DNA of 64,000 nt. Source: the human T2T-CHM13v2.0 reference genome, Homo sapiens. The notes under the pieces are model-generated. The model searched no databases. It saw only the letters and a list, made by a program, of their open reading frames with translations, and had not been told where the DNA came from. Below are positions 55,573 through 64,000 of the stretch, in pieces. A program made the translations under genes and the position numbers. The DNA lies in assembly GCF_009914755.1 (NCBI RefSeq), contig NC_060930.1; one strand, written 5' to 3'. The stretch's first letter is position 1. Every line of letters starts with the position of its first letter.

Positions 55573-56733
55573 TTGCTGTTGATTTCTGTATGTCAATTTA
55601 ATAGCCTGCAATATTATAAAGTTTTTGATTGAGGTTGCCATTGATTTCCTAAGATTCTCCAGGTATATGGTACATCTGCAAATAGAAAAATTTTATTTCT
55701 TCTTTTCAATTCTCCTGGCTCTAATTGATTTCTTTTGTCTGACTGCGTTGGCTGACATTGCCAGTAGAATGTTGAGAATAGTGAAAGTAGTGGCCATCCT
55801 TGCATTGTGCCTCTTATTCAGTGTTTTCTCATTAAGTAAGGCACTGGCTTTAAGACTAAGGAATATGTATATCTTATCATGTTAAAAATGTATGCAACAA
55901 TTCTTATTTTCTTGAGTTTTTTTTTAAATCAGAAGAGGGTATTGATTTTTTTCAAAGGCTTTTTTCAGCATTTATGGAGATAATCATACTATTTTTCTTC
56001 TTTAAAATTTCAACATGGCATATTATACTAATGAATTTTCTATTTTTGAAGCAACCTTGCATTCCTGAGGTAAATTCTACTTGGTCATGCTGTATTTTTT
56101 AAAATGTGAAGTTGGATTCTTTTTGCTAATATTTAGAATTTTTCCAACAATAAGTGATACTGGGCTGCAATTTTCTCTTTTTGTACTGTCTATACCAGGG
56201 TGAAGTGTTAATTTTATAGTTGCTTCATGAAAAATGAGGATGTTTTCCTTCATTTTCAATTGTCTGTAACATGTAACAAGAGAGCGTTGGGACTATCTGA
56301 TCTCTGAAGATTTGGTAGTGATTTTCAGTCTCTCTAGCACAAAATGGGAACAATTATAATATTTCCTTCTAGGGAGTTGTCAGAACAATTCAGTTGATGG
56401 ACTTGGAAGTGCTTTACAAACAGCACATCTCTTGTCATGTGTTGATTACTGTAACAGAGGCAAGAACAAAATGTAGTGCAGAATGGGTAATTAAATCACT
56501 CTCAATTTGGAAAAAGATAGATACTGAGAAGGTTTCATAGCAATTATCTTTTAGTTCAGTTTTGAATGAGGAGCAGGATTTTACTGACCCAAGAAGTAAA
56601 TATTCCAGATTAAAGAAAAAGCTTCAGTGGAGATATTTAAGCTTATGATTGCAAAATTTACCATATCCATGTAGTGATGTCCAGTTGACACTTTGACATA
56701 AATTTATTTCTTTGATTCTTCGAGGATAGTAGG

Positions 56734-57102
56734 TGATATGGTTTGGCGTTATCCCCATCCAAATCTCATCTTGAATTGTAACTCCCAGAATTCCCACCTG
56801 TCAAGGGAGGAACCTGGTGGGAGGTGACTGAATTATGAGTATGGGTCTTTCATGAGCTGTTCTTGTGATAGTGAATGAGTCTCACAAGATCTGATGGTGT
56901 TAAAAATGACAGTTTCCCTGCACAATCTCTCTCTTTGCCTGCTGCCATTCATGTAAGATGTGACTTGCTCCTCATTGCATTCCACCATAGTTGTGAGGCC
57001 TCCCCAGCCATGTGGAACTGTAAGTCCATTAAACCTCTTTCTATTACAGATTGTGCAGTATCAGGTATGTCTTTATCAGTAGTATGAAAACAGACTAATA
57101 CA
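56734..57102 (+). mobile_element. THE1B-type solo LTR inserted in a MIR
   Basis: TGATATGG...CTAATACA with a perfect 5-bp TSD GTAGG (56729-56733 and 57103-57107). Confidence 0.92.
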
Positions 57103-57801
57103 GTAGGATAGATATTATCCCCATCTTAAGGTCAGAGAGGGCAATGACTTCACAAGTAAGTAACAGATCCTAGCACAGACACAGAGAGTAGGTGCTTGAT
57201 AAATATTTGGAGCATTTTCTACTGATACAAAACCACAATTGATTTTGTTTCATTTACCCTTCCTTCTGTTCCTGTCTTATTTTTGTGTATTATGCAATTA
57301 AACATTTATTACCAATGGTTAGTGTTGTTTTGCATGATCACATACTGGCCATTCATTACTTCATTTATGTATCTTTTATCTTCACAACTAAACTATAGGT
57401 AAAATTGTGATACACTTTGATAGATAAAGTAGACATTTGTTGCTCGAACTCCTCGTTGACAGAGACCTAATTTTTATTCTTGCATTCTGCTTCTTCAAAG
57501 AGCTCATGGGTTTCAAGGGAAGCTGACACTGTCTTCCACCCTTCCACTCTCTAGTCACAGGTGAGCTCAGATTGTCTCAACACTAACCAACACATTCCAC
57601 TGCTCTGGTATGGTGATGGGCAGAGGATCCAGTGTGAGCCAGTAACAACAGAACTTTTTGGGAAAGAGACATCCTTGCCCTTTTTTCATTGGCTCTAACA
57701 AGAAACATGAGGAACCAGACAGAAAATACATGAGGTGAAACCTGCCCCAAATGGAGCTCCTACAGGGGAGCAGATAGAAAAATAGACATAAACCAAATCT
57801 T

Positions 57802-62507
<4,706 letters not shown>

Positions 62508-63632
62508 TAGACATAAACCAAATCTTCAGCCACCATTTTAAGCTGCACCTAAAGCCAGCAGACTTACTTTTCAAGCACAGAAGCCAATAAATAGCTTTAT
62601 TCTCAAAATCAGTTTCTGCCATTTTCAACCAAAGGCTTTAAAACTAACACAATAAAATAGACATGCTGTATATATCTGATATATCTCATTAATAGTAAGG
62701 AAGCAGGCAAATAATCATGTACTGAGTTTTTGTGAGAATATAAATGTAGTACAGTGTAGCCATTCATTTCTTCATTCAATACACACTTACTAAGCATCTA
62801 CAATGCCACTGGGTGACAGTTTTTCATGCAGAAAAATATATGTGAACTACCATTAATATTTTTATTAATGTAAAATAAATGTGCCATTAGTGTTTTAAGA
62901 TTTTTAGAGCTTTCTATGAATGATAATTTATTCATTCATTCTCTCAATTCAACAAAAATATTTTCAGCACTTACCATGTGCTAGTCTGATATTTCTCAGA
63001 GATGCTTCCCCTTGTGATTAACAGAACTCATTTGTAGAAAAGCATGTTAATGACTATGAAAATGAACGCACATTACCAGTCCAAATTACAAAACCAGAAC
63101 TTTGTACCACTTGCCCAATCTTGTTTACTATATTAATAGAACCATGAAAAGAAAAATAAACATTAAGTTTTTATATATTTATCAAATTAGATTTAGTTTT
63201 GATTTTGTTAAGTGGTAAGAAAAATAGCAGATTCTTTTAACATCATTATATTCCTTTGATATACAAATATATCCTGTAAAAGTTGAAGTATATTTAAGCC
63301 TGACTTCATAAGATCAAGTATATTGCTCAACAGAGCATTTGTCCTCACAGCACAAAAGAACTATGCAATACTGACTGAGCTTCAGAAAATGAATCTCACC
63401 CATGTTTACTTTATATAGTTTGATATATAATCCATCTTATTTGTACCACAACATTTTGAAGCTACATTTAGAACTGAAATTTCTAAAGATGAGATTCTTC
63501 GGTGAGTTTATAACTTTAGTTAACTCTTCAAATTATAATAGATACCTACAAATTGTCGTTTTGTTACACTAGTTTGATCAGTCATTAAGTTCACAAGCAG
63601 CATTAGAAATGTTCTTTAAAATAGGCTGCCTC

Positions 63633-63900
<268 letters not shown>

Positions 63901-64000
63901 AAAATAAAGTGAAAAACAGGCTGCCTGATTCTTCGATTTGTACATTCCACTGCCATAAATGGATATTTCTATTTGAAAATCCTACTGTCAGCTCAAAAGC

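Overview
Primate (anthropoid, probably human or ape) genomic DNA, dominated by interspersed repeats: about 18 Alus, MIR/L2, old L1M, one 5'-truncated L1PA, and MaLR/ERV LTRs. No intact protein-coding sequence is recognisable, and nearly all ORF-track entries are repeat-derived or random. The main non-repeat feature is a CpG-island promoter and first exon at ~17.9-18.6 kb on the minus strand (donor CCG|GTAAGG at 17901/17900). It belongs to a gene I cannot name; positions 1-17900 would be its first intron and the rest upstream intergenic DNA. There are two decayed processed pseudogenes: SUMO1 (minus, ~33.7-34.9 kb, split by an L1MA piece and an Alu monomer) and B3GALNT2 (plus, ~51.7-55.6 kb, inserted in old L1M and split by a two-LTR THE1B-type MaLR). 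I see no new multi-gene biological system. The most interesting signals are footprints of mutational mechanisms (a 20-nt templated copy of promoter DNA inside an Alu, an Alu with an internal inverted self-copy, a 36-nt non-Alu/non-L1 micro-retroposition with TSD), a uORF-dense leader, a candidate alternative first exon, and CTCF/DUX4 motifs. Repeat subfamily names and parent-gene matches come from recalled sequences and were not computed.
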